Of a DNA stretch of 64,000 bases, positions 37,601 through 51,400 are shown one piece after another. The stretch comes from Amoebophrya sp. A120 (Eukaryota > Protista > Dinoflagellata). Where the stretch lies: contig CAJINV010000005.1 of the NCBI GenBank assembly GCA_905178155.1, forward strand, positions 612,564-676,563, in the 5' to 3' direction. The translations under genes were made by a program, and so were the position numbers. The notes under the pieces were generated by a model. It did not search any database and was not told where the DNA came from. It worked only from the letters and a program-made list of their open reading frames with translations. How positions within the stretch are numbered: the stretch's first letter is position 1; each line of letters starts with the position of its first letter.

Positions 37601-39678
37601 CCTCGGTCGCGGCATCAAGCTGCTCGGTGTCGTTGTTTGCACCACGGCCATCTATTGTAGTTTCGACTTGTTTGCTGGAGGTTTCATCTTGACGTACGCC
37701 GACCTCTGCACGCGTCGTGCCGCTTCTAGTGTCACTTTTATTGTCAAAAGGAACAAGAACAACGCGAGGTGTGGTTGAAGAACCTCCCGCGACTTGTGAC
37801 AAAACCATCTCCTCGTTCTTCGGTGCTGGGATTTCTTGAATGACGCTGTTGCTCAGGACAGGATTCTGGTCGGAGATGACCTTAACCTCCCCCTGCTGTG
37901 CAGCTGTTGTGGCAAGCATGGTTGTTCCATCTCCAGGGCCGGACGTTGTCGCCGCGGTCGAAGTCGTGTTGCTTTTTTTCTCTAACAAGAACTCCTGGCA
38001 GCTCGTCGGGTCATAATTCTCATCATCCGCATCCGGACGGCGATAGGACGTCGTGTTTCTACTATTCGTTAAAAAAGCAAAATTGGAAGGCTCCACGCCC
38101 TCCAAACCGCTTTCCGAACTTCTAGCCCCCGCCGCGAAAAAGTCGGGCCACGACGAGCTCAAACGATCGACGTCGATGCTCGTGCGCGAGCTCTTCCTCG
38201 TCGGGGAAAAGTATAAAGAGCAGCGTTTGATTCGACTCGCCGCTGCTTCGTAGTGCGCTTCCGCCAAGGCTTCGGTATCGGAGCAGGTGGAACCGCGACG
38301 GGGCCGCAAATAGATTTTGCTTGGTCGAATCTCTTCGGTACTGCTGTTTCGCTCCCTTGGGGGGTGAAACATCGATGCTTTCACTTTCTCCTTCGTTCTC
38401 CTGGTGTCTTTGAAAGTAGTACCCCTGGTTCTTGATAAAAGTAGGTCTTTTGAAGATACTATTATTTCCTGATCCTGCTGCGCAGGGTCGTGGTCTACTT
38501 GTGCGTTAGTTTCAGAATGATCATCGTGCGTGTAGTTTTTCGCACCAGTAGTCGCTACGGAGACAGAAACCTGTGTCGCAGCGCCTGGCAAAGAGGACGA
38601 ACCTTCTGCAGATGACGAGCCCGCCGGTGGAACGGCAACAGCTTCGACTTTCTTCGGTCTCGACCTGGAATCCCAGTGAATCAGGAATTGGTCGGTAATG
38701 TGGCGATGAAATTTTTTCGTGATTTTGCGGCAGCCAGAAAGGTTCAGGTCAATGTACTCCAACGTATCTCCGAGTTCCTTCTGGGCCCGCAGAAACACCT
38801 GCATGCAGTGCAGGCGCTGCTGACTCAGCGGATCCAGGGGAGGTGCTGGTGCTTGTAAAGCGGTGCTGGCATGTTCCTTACTACTGGAGCTAGAACGACT
38901 TGCGGCGCTGGCTTTCTCTGTACTAGACCTCTCGTCCAGGGGGCGAGCTTTGCTTCCTTTGCTATTATTCCCGACCTGTTTTAAAAATATTAATCTTGGT
39001 GCGAATCAAATGGAAATCTTATTTTTCGTGGGGCTCGTAAGATTATACCATTCGTATTCTTGCTGGTACCAGAATTATGTGGTCGACACACATCTAGATC
39101 GACTTCCAGAGCAAACACGACATTTAGGTAATATCAAAAAAATATACCTGTATCACGGTCTGCGTAAACACGCTGCCTCTGCCCGTTCTGCTTCCACTCG
39201 CGCGCCCTACCCCGCTGCCACTCACACTTGAGACCAGACTATAAGCGCCGCCGCCGACGCCGCTGCTCGAACCGCCGCCCCCGGCTCCCCGCATGTAATT
39301 ATGAGCCGACGACGAAGTGCCGGCTGCAGCTGCCGTCCAGGTCGTGAACGTCAGCTGCGGGCTGACCGCGGCGTAAAGATGCGCACAGGAGGACAGAACC
39401 TGGATCCCCGGGAACACTTGCACGACAAGAAATTGAAATTCCCCCAGCAGCGTCTCGATATTCTGCACCATGAGGGTTAGATTTTCCTCCACAGAAGAAA
39501 GATCGTTCGCCAAAACGCGTTCCCATTCGTGCCGCAGGGATACCATCGAGTTCGCGTCCCCACATTGGGCGGCTTCGAGAAGGGCCTTGATCACTTTTTT
39601 CAGCTCCTCGTAGGAGATGTATCCATGGCCCTCGAGGTCGTTGACCCCGAGGTTTTTCAGGTGCTTTCCGAATTTCAT
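31662..39678 (-). CDS. SPX-domain protein with a very long Q/N/G/S/H-rich low-complexity C-terminus (~2,614 aa)
   Basis: Exon 1 (39148-39678) starts MKFGKHL...YISYEELKKVIK; GT-AG intron 38976-39147; exon 2 contains EYIDLNLSGCRKITKKFHR, the SPX C-terminal KxxKK motif. Confidence 0.85.
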
Positions 39679-40955
39679 GGTGACGGAAGTTGCCAAGGCA
39701 CGCAGCTGGTTCAATCCGCGAGAAATAGAAAAATGTCGTCTTCTTCACGAAGAGTAAAAGTATCATTTATTCTTCAACAAATAAACGCTCCCGCCGTGTC
39801 CGCTCTTCCTCTTGTAGTTTGTCTGCGCAATAGGGCAGAGTGCTGCTGTCGCTAAGTTTTCGTCGTCTTATCCATGACGTGGAAGTTGTAGAGATGCGAG
39901 GCCCTCAATCATGTTCATGCCGCGGGTCGCTGTTTACTGCACACACAAAGCTGTAATACGTTCATTACTACAGACGCAGAGGGTCGTCATGTAATCGTAG
40001 TCCTCGTCGTCGTGGTCGATTACAGGGGCTGTTTGCTTAAAATCCGCGTAATCATGTATTTCTATTTTCTATCGTGAAACCGAGTGACTACACGGCGCTC
40101 CTCAAGTAGGTTCTATGTCTAATATCTAGGAAGTTTTACAAGTACTAAACCACTCATAGACAATACTTCAAAATCATATTCTCTGAGTTCAGCCGCCACA
40201 CAGGGAATGCCCCTGCAGGGGGAGGTACGGAATCCCGATGCGAAAACGTCCTTGTAACTACCAACCATATAAAGAAAATATGTTGTCCTCGAGTAAAAAC
40301 GTGAAAACGAAACGTAAAGTACATATGCCAAGTACAAAACATGCCATTTCTGATTGGAGGAAGAAGCAAATGTTCTCTTCTAATGACAATGAGTAAAGGC
40401 GTGCGTGATCTCATATATTCTTATCACGATACAGGACGCTTGGTAGGTGTAAGTGCGTTCCGATACACATGATGGAATCGTCACTATAAATCAATTCATT
40501 GAAATCCACCAAAGTGGTCAGGTGCGCGCGTACAGCTACAGAACACACTATCGGGAGCTAGGCCGTGCAAGCTTCCATCACTAACCCTTGTTTACCAAAA
40601 TGGCGAACACTATAGAAGTTTCTAGGGATCTCAAAGGACGTGTGGCGTTTTTGGTCAGTCTTAGTCTTTGCTTTTCATTGGTCGTTTTCATCGCAATTGA
40701 GCATCTTTCTGGCGCACATAAAACCAGGCCGTATGGGAGTCTTCTGTCGGTAGATGATGATATTAGATCACTTCTACTGCATACTACTTAGTCATGAACA
40801 ATCCTCAAGGAGCATAATGTTGCAGAGCCAAGAAAGTTTGTTTGGCATTGGCATCGCGAAATCGTCGTAATCAATGCGTTTGCAGCACGAGCAGGAGATG
40901 AACGACATCATCGGTCACGCAGGAGCCATTTGTGTACTACTTCTAGAGCTTGTAG

Positions 40956-42960
40956 TCACCCTTGCTCATTCTCCTGGTCACGACCCTCGTCCTCGGCAAA
41001 ATCATCTCCCTCCAGAGCATCAACATCCTCATCGTCGTCCCCCTGCTCGTCGTCTTCTCGCTGGGCTTCGAACTGCAACAAGGCTAGCTCTATCAAATGC
41101 AAAAATGTCTGGGTCTGGAACGTTGCCGGGTTTATCATGCATATTTTGCATGACCCAGGACGTCTGCAATGCACGACCTAGCATCCCAGATTTTTAGAGG
41201 GCTTCCTGATCCTGATGCCTACTCCGCATGACAAATGCCCTCCCCGCGTAGCACAAACTAGACTCCTTTTGCTTGTCATGCAGTACAGATTTTTTCAGAG
41301 TCCAAAGTTAGCATCACAAGTTCCAACCTTCCAGACCCAGACATTTTTGCAGTTGATAAGCTCCGCGTCGGCCTCATCTTCTTCCAGAACGTCGTCACTG
41401 AAGCCGTCAAGAGAGCCTGCGGCAGCGCGGCCAGAACCAGATGTCGTCGACAGAGAGGTTTCATCTCGTATGTTCCTCCCCTCCTCACCGTCAACATGTT
41501 GCAGCGTTGAGATGATACTGTTCATGTTCTGCGACCTACTTCCCAGGAACCTTTCCGAAGACACTTTTTCCCCCGTCTGCCTTAGGTCCTCCAGATCTGG
41601 ACCTAGTTGGAACGCTGGATGCACGAATTCGGTTTTCTCCGCACGGAGGATGACTTGGCTTCGGTTGTTTTTCGCTCCGCTTATCTCCAGTTGGTCAACT
41701 TGGTGCCGGCCGTGGTAGGTGACACGGTCCTGTGAAGACCCAGATCCGAAAGCGGCGGCGCCTTCGCATTGTTCCCTGTCGTGATCCTGACCATCGGTAT
41801 AAACACCTTGTTGCGTCACAGGATCCAGATCCGAAACTGCACTTGTTGCTCCCGATTCTTCAATAAAGCTAGTGGTTCCGATGTTATGCACGAAGTACAC
41901 CTTGCTCTTCCTTTCGTTTTGCGTGGCCACCGGTCGCGGCACCGTGTATACCGGCTTCTTGCCCTTCTTGTTCGCGAAATCCTGCGGCGCGATCTCGCCA
42001 CGGTACCGCAGCAGAATTCCGTCCGTGGCGTTGACGAAGTCGAAGAAGGATCCCTTGACCCGATTTGCGCAGAAGAACCGATCCGCGTTGCAGGCGCACT
42101 GCGCCAGACAGCGTTCGCCGCAGTAGCCCTTTTCCTGCCACTTTTTGAACATGCCTAAGTGCTTCATCCGCTGCCCCTCGATCATCGCCAGCGACGCCGT
42201 TAATAACGCCCGCCCCGCGTTTCGCCAGTCCGTGGAATGCTTCGGCCGGAGCTCGTGGGGAATCACTTTCGTCGGATACATATCAACTGTAAAAATGTCT
42301 GGGTCTGGGAAATTCTGACTCTTGTCATGCACGTTTTGCATAAGCCATGATGTCTGTGATGCATACACTAGCAATACAGATTTTTAGAGGGCTTCGTGAT
42401 GCCTATTCCGAATGACAAATGCCTTCTCAGCGTAGCAAAAACTGCATTCCCTTTGGTACTCATGCAATACAGATTTTTTTGGAATCCAACTACAGCATCA
42501 CAAGTTGCATTCTTCCAGACCCAGACATTTTTACATTTGATAATACACCGGGTCATCCAGGTCCTTGCCATGGTCGTGGTTCCCGCGGTATCAAATGTAA
42601 AAATGTCTGGGTCTGGAAGAATACAAACTTGTGATGCTAAATCTGGATCCTGAAACAATTTGTGTTGCATGAGGGTCAAAGTCAAAAGCTGTCCACTTTT
42701 GACCAAGTTGGGAGTGAGTTTGTCATGCAGAATAGGCATGATACAGATCTCACAGAATCTGTCATGCTAGATCCTGCATTCCAGACCTCATGCGTCATGT
42801 TGAACCTGCATGACAAATCTTGCAATCTTCCAGACCCAGACATTTTTGCAATCCATACGCGGTACCCGATCGGCCGCGGGTGGTACTTCTTGTTGCGGTG
42901 CAGCGTCGGTACCTTCACGTACTTCGCCTGCGCCGGCACATACGAACTGCTCGACGCCAT
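40956..42960 (-). CDS. Hypothetical protein (396 aa, Cys cluster, acidic tail); 3 introners
   Basis: MASSSSY...PIGYR|GNHDHGKDLDDPVY|PTKVIP...DAEL|ALLQFEAQ...; 1,191 nt remain after excision. Confidence 0.75.
41091..41358. mobile_element. Introner family F (268 bp), TSD AGCTC
   Basis: F-type TIRs and an exact TSD. Confidence 0.93.
42281..42542. mobile_element. Introner family F (262 bp), TSD ATACA
   Basis: F-type TIRs and an exact TSD. Confidence 0.93.
42589..42857. mobile_element. Introner family F (269 bp; opposite orientation to 42281), TSD CGCGG
   Basis: F-type TIRs; interior colinear with 19969-20230. Confidence 0.93.
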
Positions 42961-43817
42961 TATGATATGGGTGGTGATGATCGTGGTGTAGGTGTGTCAG
43001 GTAGACCTAGACCTCCGAATCATATAGCATGCCCATGCGGCGCTCGCGCTGGGGCAAGAAGCGGTAATTAGAAATTGAAATGTAGAACCAGTATATAAAA
43101 GTTGTATACACGACAGGTGGAGGACAAAAAACTCAGGAACTTTTGGGCGGATCACGACTAGACGATAGGTCCAATGTCCATACGATCGAACAACCTGGAG
43201 ATACGACACACAAAGCCCAGATTCTTTGCTACCGGCACGACACGCAGCTAGTCCTTTACCTTGGTGGTGGTGCAGCTGCGGGAGTCCATGTGATGAATCA
43301 ATCATAAGTAGTTACTTACGGAATGCCGCGGTGTACTTGCAAATCTACTCGATCTCTAGAACTGCTGACAAGCAGATCAGAGAGAGTGCTGACTCCACCT
43401 CCAGCTTTTCCCGCCAAACCGAAAATAAATGAGAGAATCAATCACGCATTCAAATTCAATATACAAACTCACAGACTGTATTCTCAAAACTGTGTGCAGG
43501 GAGTGATACATCCCAATCTTTATTCTCAAGTTGATTTTCTTGTACCAAAACTCCGGACCTTCCGCTGGATGGAAAACACCAAGCGGGACGAAGTAGATTG
43601 TGCATAAATGAGCAGATCCACCAATAAAGACGTGTCAACATAGACGCACGTTCAGCACGTCGTTGCGATGAATTTACCTATTACGGTTTCAGCAGATACA
43701 AAAATAGAGCCCCTGGCCCTGCCCAACATAAAAAAATATCAGAAAGGCATGCACATGCAATGTTAGTTCCACATCTACGTATATCTATCGAAATCGAGCA
43801 AGCCGGTCGTAGCTTCC

Positions 43818-46800
43818 TCACTTTTCCCCAACTGCGGATGACGAGCCACCGCTACTCGTCGTTGTTCCCGACGAGTGATTCCTATCCAGGTGCTGGCAGT
43901 TGCTGTGCCCGCGCCTCCTAGTCCTCGTTCTCCTTGGTTTATTCCGTCCGGAATTCATTGCCACTTCCCACCCGATGTTCAGGGCTGCTGCGGCCACGTA
44001 AAAACACGACAACGAGCGCAGCGTGCTCTCGGTGGCAAGCTGCACGGCGTGGGCGTTCTTCTTGGCCGCGGCTTTTGTGGCTGCTTTCGACATTGGAGGG
44101 GCTGCGGTAGTTGTTGTGGGACCATCTTCACTGGAAATTTTCGTTGCACCGGAGGCAGAAGCTTTGCTTCCTCCAGAGCCTGTCCCTGTGTTGCCACCGT
44201 AAGTAGTAGGAGCACTCCCAGAAGATAGATCCTCGTCCTCTGCAGGTACTTCTTGCTGCGCCATCTGAAACAGTGAGATCACCTGATTTGCAATCAAGGG
44301 CCCGACCACGTAGTTCATAGCCTCGTCAATGATGTTAAATGTTGCGAGGGAATGCAGTTTTTGTTGCGTGGACGAGGATGCGAGCACCTGCACTCCGCCC
44401 ATGGTCGCCTGCATCAAAAGAAGCAGAACCAACGCGGTCGTGGTAGGGGGAGAGTTGAACGCCTTTTCCAATAGGGCGCGGGGGTTGTAATGATGCTTTT
44501 CTCTGTGCTGATCGTCTCCTTCGTGGTCGTTTTTGAGCGAATTCAGGAGTTCTGTGACTTGAAATACATCCGCATCATCCAGAAACGACGTCAAAAATTC
44601 ATCATCTTCTTGCGCGCCGCCGCTAGTATTGCTGCCGAGGGTTGTGTCGCTTTCGTTGGTTGTCCCCAACTTCTTTCTGTCCGTTGAAAAGGCCTGTCCT
44701 CTATCGTCGTTCTCGTTCATCGCGCTTTTCATTGAAAGACCCTCTCTGGAGCTTCTACTGTCGTGAGGAACAGCACCAAAAGACCGCCCCTGGAGAATCG
44801 TACTAGTGATGCCCAGTGGCGGAAGGCGTTGCAAACGAGGTGATTTGTGTTCTACGGATTTTGCTCCCGCCGACGACGTTTCGCTTTCCCCACTAGAGTC
44901 GCCACGACCAGCCACGGCGCCGCTGTTCCGCTTCCTATCATTTCGTGACGCTGCTAGAAACCTCATTGCAGCAGGCGAGATGCGGGGCTGCAGGTCACGC
45001 TGGTCCTGTTCCGAGGAAAACAACCCTTGGAGTCTCTGATTCTGTCTCGGGTCGTCGGTTTTTTTCACCAAAATTTGCGGCAACACAGTGTAAAAAGTTT
45101 GCACGGCACAGAACATGGCCAGCTGCGGACCCGCACGCATCACAACACCATCCCGCTTCATGCACTTCCTGACCCGGCGAGCAGTGCTTTTCAGAAGTGA
45201 CGCGGCCTTTCTTGATGTTGTTGCGCTTCTGGTCGTGGCACTGTCTGCGGTAGGTGCCGCTGAAGACGACATCGCAGCGTCCAGTTCTTCTTGGCCCTCG
45301 CTATCTGGTGTCCTACCACGCTGCATTGCGGCAGGACAGCCATCGGATGTCGCAGCGTCTTGACCTTCCTCAGTGTGTGCCGGTTTCGTCGGACCGTCGC
45401 CTTTATTCCGCTCCAGCAGCCGAAACAGCCAGGGCTGCACCACACTTGCCGCAAGCACCGCACCAAACAACGGCCCCATCGTGACCAAAAACGCGGTGAG
45501 ATCCTTCGGGAGCCCCGCGCCCTTGTGACACAGGTGCGAGGCGGTGTTGGGGGCCAGGTTGCTTTGTGCGGAAGTGCCGAGGGAACACATCATCCACTGC
45601 GTCAAAAGGAGGATCTGCTGCTTGCGGTCTTTCGATTTACTCGCAGACGAATGGGGTTCCTCTTCCTCGTTTATTTGCCCTCGCCGCAAGTGCTCATGAA
45701 CTTCGTCACCAACGTCGGCCACAAGAGTGGCCGCGAGGTCATGATCAACTTCTGTGTCCTCTGCCGCATTGCTCTTGCCAGCACTGGCTGTGGAACAAGC
45801 ATCCGTAGTCCTAAATTTGGTGGACATTGTGCGCCGCTGATTTGTCGTTTCTTGCCCTCGCCCGCGCCACTCGGCCGACGACTCCGACCCGAAGTCAGCG
45901 CCGCACAGTTCTTCCTCGGGCCCGCCGAATAAGAATGTCTGGCTGCCAAAGCAAGTTCCAGGAGAACTCCCCGCGGCCGGGGAGGAGCAGGCGGCGGTCG
46001 TTGCGGGTGTGTAGGTGTTCGCCTTAATGTCCTTTTCATAGCTTGATACAGATGCCGGTGTGTTTGTACTGTTTTCGCTCTGCCTGCCGGATCGAAATGC
46101 ACCGTGGCACAAACTCCCTCCGCCAAGGGCCAAGGCAGTGGTGACGATAAACACGTTTGCCAGGACGACATTTTTGATCCAGCTGTCCGGACTTCCACAG
46201 GCAGCCACGTACTGGCCCAGGCCCGGGATCGCGTTTGTGAACAGTGGCAACTTCGCCAGCGCCGCCGCTTGCGCCTGCTCCTCAGACATTGCAGCTTCCT
46301 GGGATGCTGATGAAGCCGGATCATTCACGTCGTTCCCTACTAGGTCGTCATGATCATCAGCATCGACCATCATATTAACCACGTCTAGATCCTCAGTCTG
46401 ATCTGCTTCACCAGCCACTGCTCGTCCTGCCGATTCTTCTCTATCACTTTCTAGCAAACAGCTGGTCGTGTCACTGCTGACCCTCGAGGTCGAGGCCACA
46501 CTACCGGGCAAGGAGGGCGGGATCGAAAACAATTCCTTGGTGATCGTTCCAATTAACGGTGCCATAAAACCTTGGACCGCACCGCAAAGCCAGTTATTCA
46601 GCCAGTAGGACACAAGCACCTTGTCGAGGTTTCCCTCCTCCCATCCCGCCTCGAGCCCGAGGAAAATTATGACTGCGTCAACTTACCCAAACTCAACTTA
46701 CCCAAAAACTTTATTAGCGATTTTTCATAGCTAGAAGGCATGCTGATTTGTAATGCCTAAAAGTAGTAGCTATGGTTAGCTAGATAGAACTTCATATAGC

Positions 46801-48410
46801 TAATTAAGACCGTTTTCACGCGTGTGTAGAACCCGCAACCTCCGCTACCAACGATCACGGATTCCCTTCCGCTGCCAACGATCGCGGAGGCTGAGCTGCG
46901 TTGCCACCGCGTTGCGACACCATTCACAAGCTTCATACCTTGGCTGGATTTATACACGAAGTGATAGCATGCGACAGGTATTGAGATATTCTATCATTTA
47001 TGCCATTGAATTGAAAAAAATCCGAGGCATCTTTTTTGTCTAATCACGTTGGTAGGGTGATTTTTTGCCAATCCAAAACCTAGCATCGGGGAGGGGGATC
47101 ACTCATCCCCCTGGTCCATGCCTAAAAGTATACTGCTTCCCCGATGCTATGCCCCATGCAAAAGCAATATAATCTGATTTGATAGCATCAACTCGAAGGA
47201 GTTTTATCATGAGACACAGCATCGTTGGGGAGGGGATCCGTGATCGTTGGTAGCGGAGGTTGCGCCTTCTACACACGCCGGAAAACGTCCTTTTCGAAAT
47301 AGCTATTTACCTCAACTAGTAAGTGTAGACTGAGCGGCGCCGGATAGTAGGTTCGGACTCTAAGTAGCTAATTAAAGTGGTTAGTTAAATTTTTGGGTAA
47401 GTTGAGTTTGGGTAAGTTGACGCAGGCATAAAAATGAGCGCCACACTGATAACCGCGGTCGTGATGGACACTTTGCGCAAAAGCTGGATTTGTCTTTGGA
47501 GGTCCTGACGATGGGCTTCGGCTTCCGTGCTCGCGTGATCGTTTCCATCTTCATCGTTTCTGTCGCTTTCGCGAAGGTTCTGTCTTGCCTCGACCAATTC
47601 CCCGTACAAGTGACTGCCAATCACGGACACAAGCCCGCCCATGGAAGTTTTCCATCCGACGAGAAAGTCGTTCTGTGTCAACGGCGTCGGCGGCCCCATG
47701 CCTTCGCTCTTCGCGTCCGCGGCGGCGCCAGCCGTGAGAACTTTGGCAATTTTGGGTAACAGCAGCTGGTTTACCGTTCCGTCGGGAAGGCAGATGAGGC
47801 CCTGCATCATGCCCAAGAGAATCAGAGTTTGCGTCTTCTTGCTAATTTTCGGGAAGTGGACCCGCGAAAGTTTTTTCCGCAACATCGAGGTTGCGCATTG
47901 TCTAACAGCTCTGGTTCCGTCTCCGAGGCTTTCCATGCAGGCGCCGATTTTGTCGAGTAGCTGGTATCCATCTTCTTCCACCACCTGTGAAGTCGTGTGC
48001 TCGTCTGCAGGACGCGGAACAGCAGCAGTATCGGGATGACGATCATGACCCACTCTGGCACTACAACTCGCAGTTGTGCTACTGCTAGTACTCCCTTCAA
48101 GCAACGGACGGCGCAGCGAGGAAGCGAATCCAGACGCTGCTGTACTAGAACACGTCTTTTCGTTATTGCCAGACCGCGAGAATGATGAAGTTGCTACTCG
48201 GAGAGTCGCAAATTGGCTCGCCAATCTGTCTGCGGGGTCTATTTTTTCCGTGTCGTCCGCCACCGAATGGACGAGTGGAGCCTTGTGCAGTAAGCTTCTA
48301 CGCTTGAGCTTCCTCCCGAAACTCGATCGAGTAAAAACCGACACCCAGCAGCTGAAAAGCGCAACGGCAACGCGCCGACGAGAAGACGAAGAGGCTCGCA
48401 TGTTGTTCAT
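43818..48410 (-). CDS. Multi-pass membrane protein (~1,274 aa), possibly a divergent MFS-like transporter with long low-complexity loops
   Basis: ORFs 47385..48410 and 43818..46619 fuse (SVALIF|LGLEAGW...LVSYW) after removing 768 bp; about 10-12 hydrophobic segments. The MFS assignment is an inference. Confidence 0.6.
46668..47430. mobile_element. Introner family I (763 bp), TSD AAAAT
   Basis: TATGACTGCGTCAACTTACCCAAACTCAACTTACCCAAAAA...TTTTTGGGTAAGTTGAGTTTGGGTAAGTTGACGCAGGCATA; a second ~57-bp inverted pair at ~46812-46868 and ~47230-47286. Confidence 0.92.
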
Positions 48411-51400
48411 CGTGTCTTTCCCTTTGGAGGAAGCTTCTATCCAGCAGCTCTGATCTGAAAATTGTTTCGATCGAAGAAAAGAAAAATATGAACAGCACTC
48501 CAGATGAAGGAAGCAAAACGAGAAAAAGTTTTCAATAAAGAACTAGCTCAACGACCACACTGAACACAGCCGCCAAGAAGCAATCGGATCTTAAGCAATC
48601 GCATACATGCTTTGCTACCTGCACCTGCACACGCCAGGGTGCACAAGGCAGGCGAATTTTTACGAGGGATGTAGTTGTAAAAAGGCGTTCTTTTCCACAG
48701 ACGTTCTATCTTTGGTCTCGTCTCAACGAGCCTGAAGTCTTCAGTGCGGTCATTTACGTTTTCATGCGGGTTGCCTGTTCGAAACGAAACAGCCCTGTTC
48801 TATAATAAAAGCATTTACAATTGCAAATCAACAGTATATATTCTCATATTCTCAGCTTGCTAGCCGTATCATGCACATGAGACGTCAAACCCATGCAGGA
48901 ACAGATACAACTAGACTACGATAAAGAAGCACCCGCAGCAAAATACCAGTTCTCCCACTGCAAATAAAGTCTTCAGAAAATATCGTCTAAAAACTTCAGG
49001 GAAGTGAATAAATTCATTGTCTCCTACACTTCCTAGACCATATACTCTTCCTTCGGCAGCATAAAGGAAAAAAGTGCAACAGCTCCGTGGCAATTCGTTC
49101 ACATGACATGGAAGATGTCAGTGGAATATTAGTGATATTACACCACGTGCTGTTGTCACAAATTAATTTCCTTTGTGGCTCAAAGAAAATGCTGAAGATT
49201 AGACATTTCATAACAGACCTCTGCACGATTTTTGGAGCAAGCTGGCATGACTGCAAGCGTGAAAAAAGCTGTGATAGTTGTGCAATTGTAGAGTGGTTCT
49301 TGTACAAAATATTCTTTCTTTTAGAAAGTAAAGATTGAGATATTGTCGATCGCAAATAAAAATCTTCGCCACGAAAGCTGACGAAAAAACTAACGATGCA
49401 TTCAAACAAGTCATTCGGATTTATGAATAATTAAAGTACATTATCCTAGCCCGCCAGCGCAAGCGGGCTGCTCTGCCAATGCCATCGCTATGCAGTACAG
49501 AAACTACACTGTTGAGCCCGGTGCGCAGTGGCAGTCTTCGTTACCCTTGTTGCTGTCAGCTCGTCGAATGATGAACATTCATCCAGATGTTGTCTTTAGA
49601 AGCCCAGACTGCAGTACAATGAAACAAAGGTGATCATGGATGGTGTGCTGAAGCAGAAACTGGGATTCTCGGCGTCGTATATTGAATATTCCTTGCTCTA
49701 AGCTTTTACATTAGTATTTTTCCGGATGGTACTCTCATCCCATACCGCTTGCAACAGCACACCACAGCAAGACCAAGACAAGAGATCCCCTGCATGCACC
49801 AGAACTACTCAGTATTGCTTTTATCGAAGGCAAGAAGCGGTGGATAAACTACCTATCTGAAGACGAGCCCACGGTCTGTAATATAGTGTGGCACGGTCCT
49901 CGTGTAGGAGCAACTCATTAAGTGCTCCTGGGCCGCAACATTTTTTCCGAATGAAAGGTTGTTCTCTGTTCTGAAGTATCGAAAAGTCAAAAGTTGTCGC
50001 TGATGTAATTTTACTTGTTCTAACTTCCGTTCTAACTTACGCAGAGCCGTTAAGAGACTTCGAAGAAGCAACTATCTCCCATCATGAAACTGCAGGCCCG
50101 CCGATTTCGAGACTTCACAACAACAATTTTGCTAGTGCAAAGAGTTTTGTTGCTTTCGCCACCGTCTCGATAAAATTGTCAGGCCCAGCAGGCACAGATA
50201 GAAAAGGTCGCTCCTCCTCTACATTACAACTGGTGGCATAGTTTGTAGCCTGTAAAGTGATATCATTTATTTTGTCGTAGTTCGCGGCAGCATCATGATC
50301 ATACCGTCCTGTCTCCTCAGAACATGACTACAAGATTGAATTTGTTTTTCGTTTTCCTGTAAGCTGGAAATAAAACCACTGCTGTCAAACTCAAACAAAG
50401 CTCTAAAGTTACATCAAGAAGTGTCGCTGCTTGTACATTGACGCAGGGGACTCAGACTGAAAAGGCTTAGGCTTAGGTCGAAGATAAACGAGCCTGCGCC
50501 TCGGCAAGAACCCTTTGCGCAGTATATTGATGCCGCTGCAATAAAGCTCTGCCGTGTAGAGGAGTCCCTCCTGGTCCTGGTAGTATCTTTGTACAAATAC
50601 TAACCGCTCGCAAATGGTTTTTTTTTGATGCCGTCCTCGAGCTCGAGACTACTGAGTTGAATACTTTTTTTTACACCTATATCGGTAAAATTGCAGGGAG
50701 GAAAACGAAAAAATTTCGAGTATGAGGTTTCACATCGGGCTCAAGAAAATGTCGACTATTTCTATATCGAGTGTAGTGGTTAAGTCCGCGGGTTGATGTT
50801 TATCGGTCAAGACGCTTAAGTAAGCGGATCAGAAAATAAGCTAAATTTTGGTGACGAGGTTTTTTTTGGGGGGGTTCGAAAATGACAACGAAAAAACAAA
50901 TGCTGCAAAGCGTGTTCAGGATAGCTCTACCTGATCCGGCTAGAACAAAGGAAAGCAAGAGATGCCTTTTAGCTCGTGAAAAGAGTTCGTTGGTAAAAAA
51001 GAAAGGATGTTGATAGAAATACTGCAGATGGAGCGGCAACAGGGTCGTCGTGTTTCGAAAAGATGTGTTTGTAGTCATTGTTATCCTCTTCTAGGCCGGC
51101 AACTATTTCGTATGAATCATCACAGGAACATGTATCGTCCTGGCTTTGAAGCTAGTACAGACACAGCGACCATTACCGCTCCTGCTACTGTCAAACAAAT
51201 ATATTCTCATGATAAAATGCTATTATATTCTCAAATTTATTTCTATCAAATGAAGGAGTGTTATCCTTATCCTGGAGGAGGGGCAGAAATGCAGCAGCAG
51301 CGTCTCTCGCTTGTGCTTTACTAGCGCTCGTGAGGTGATCAGGAAGTAGAGCCGTCCTAGCAACTTGCTTTGGTTGGGGACGGAGCGAAAAATAAAACTG

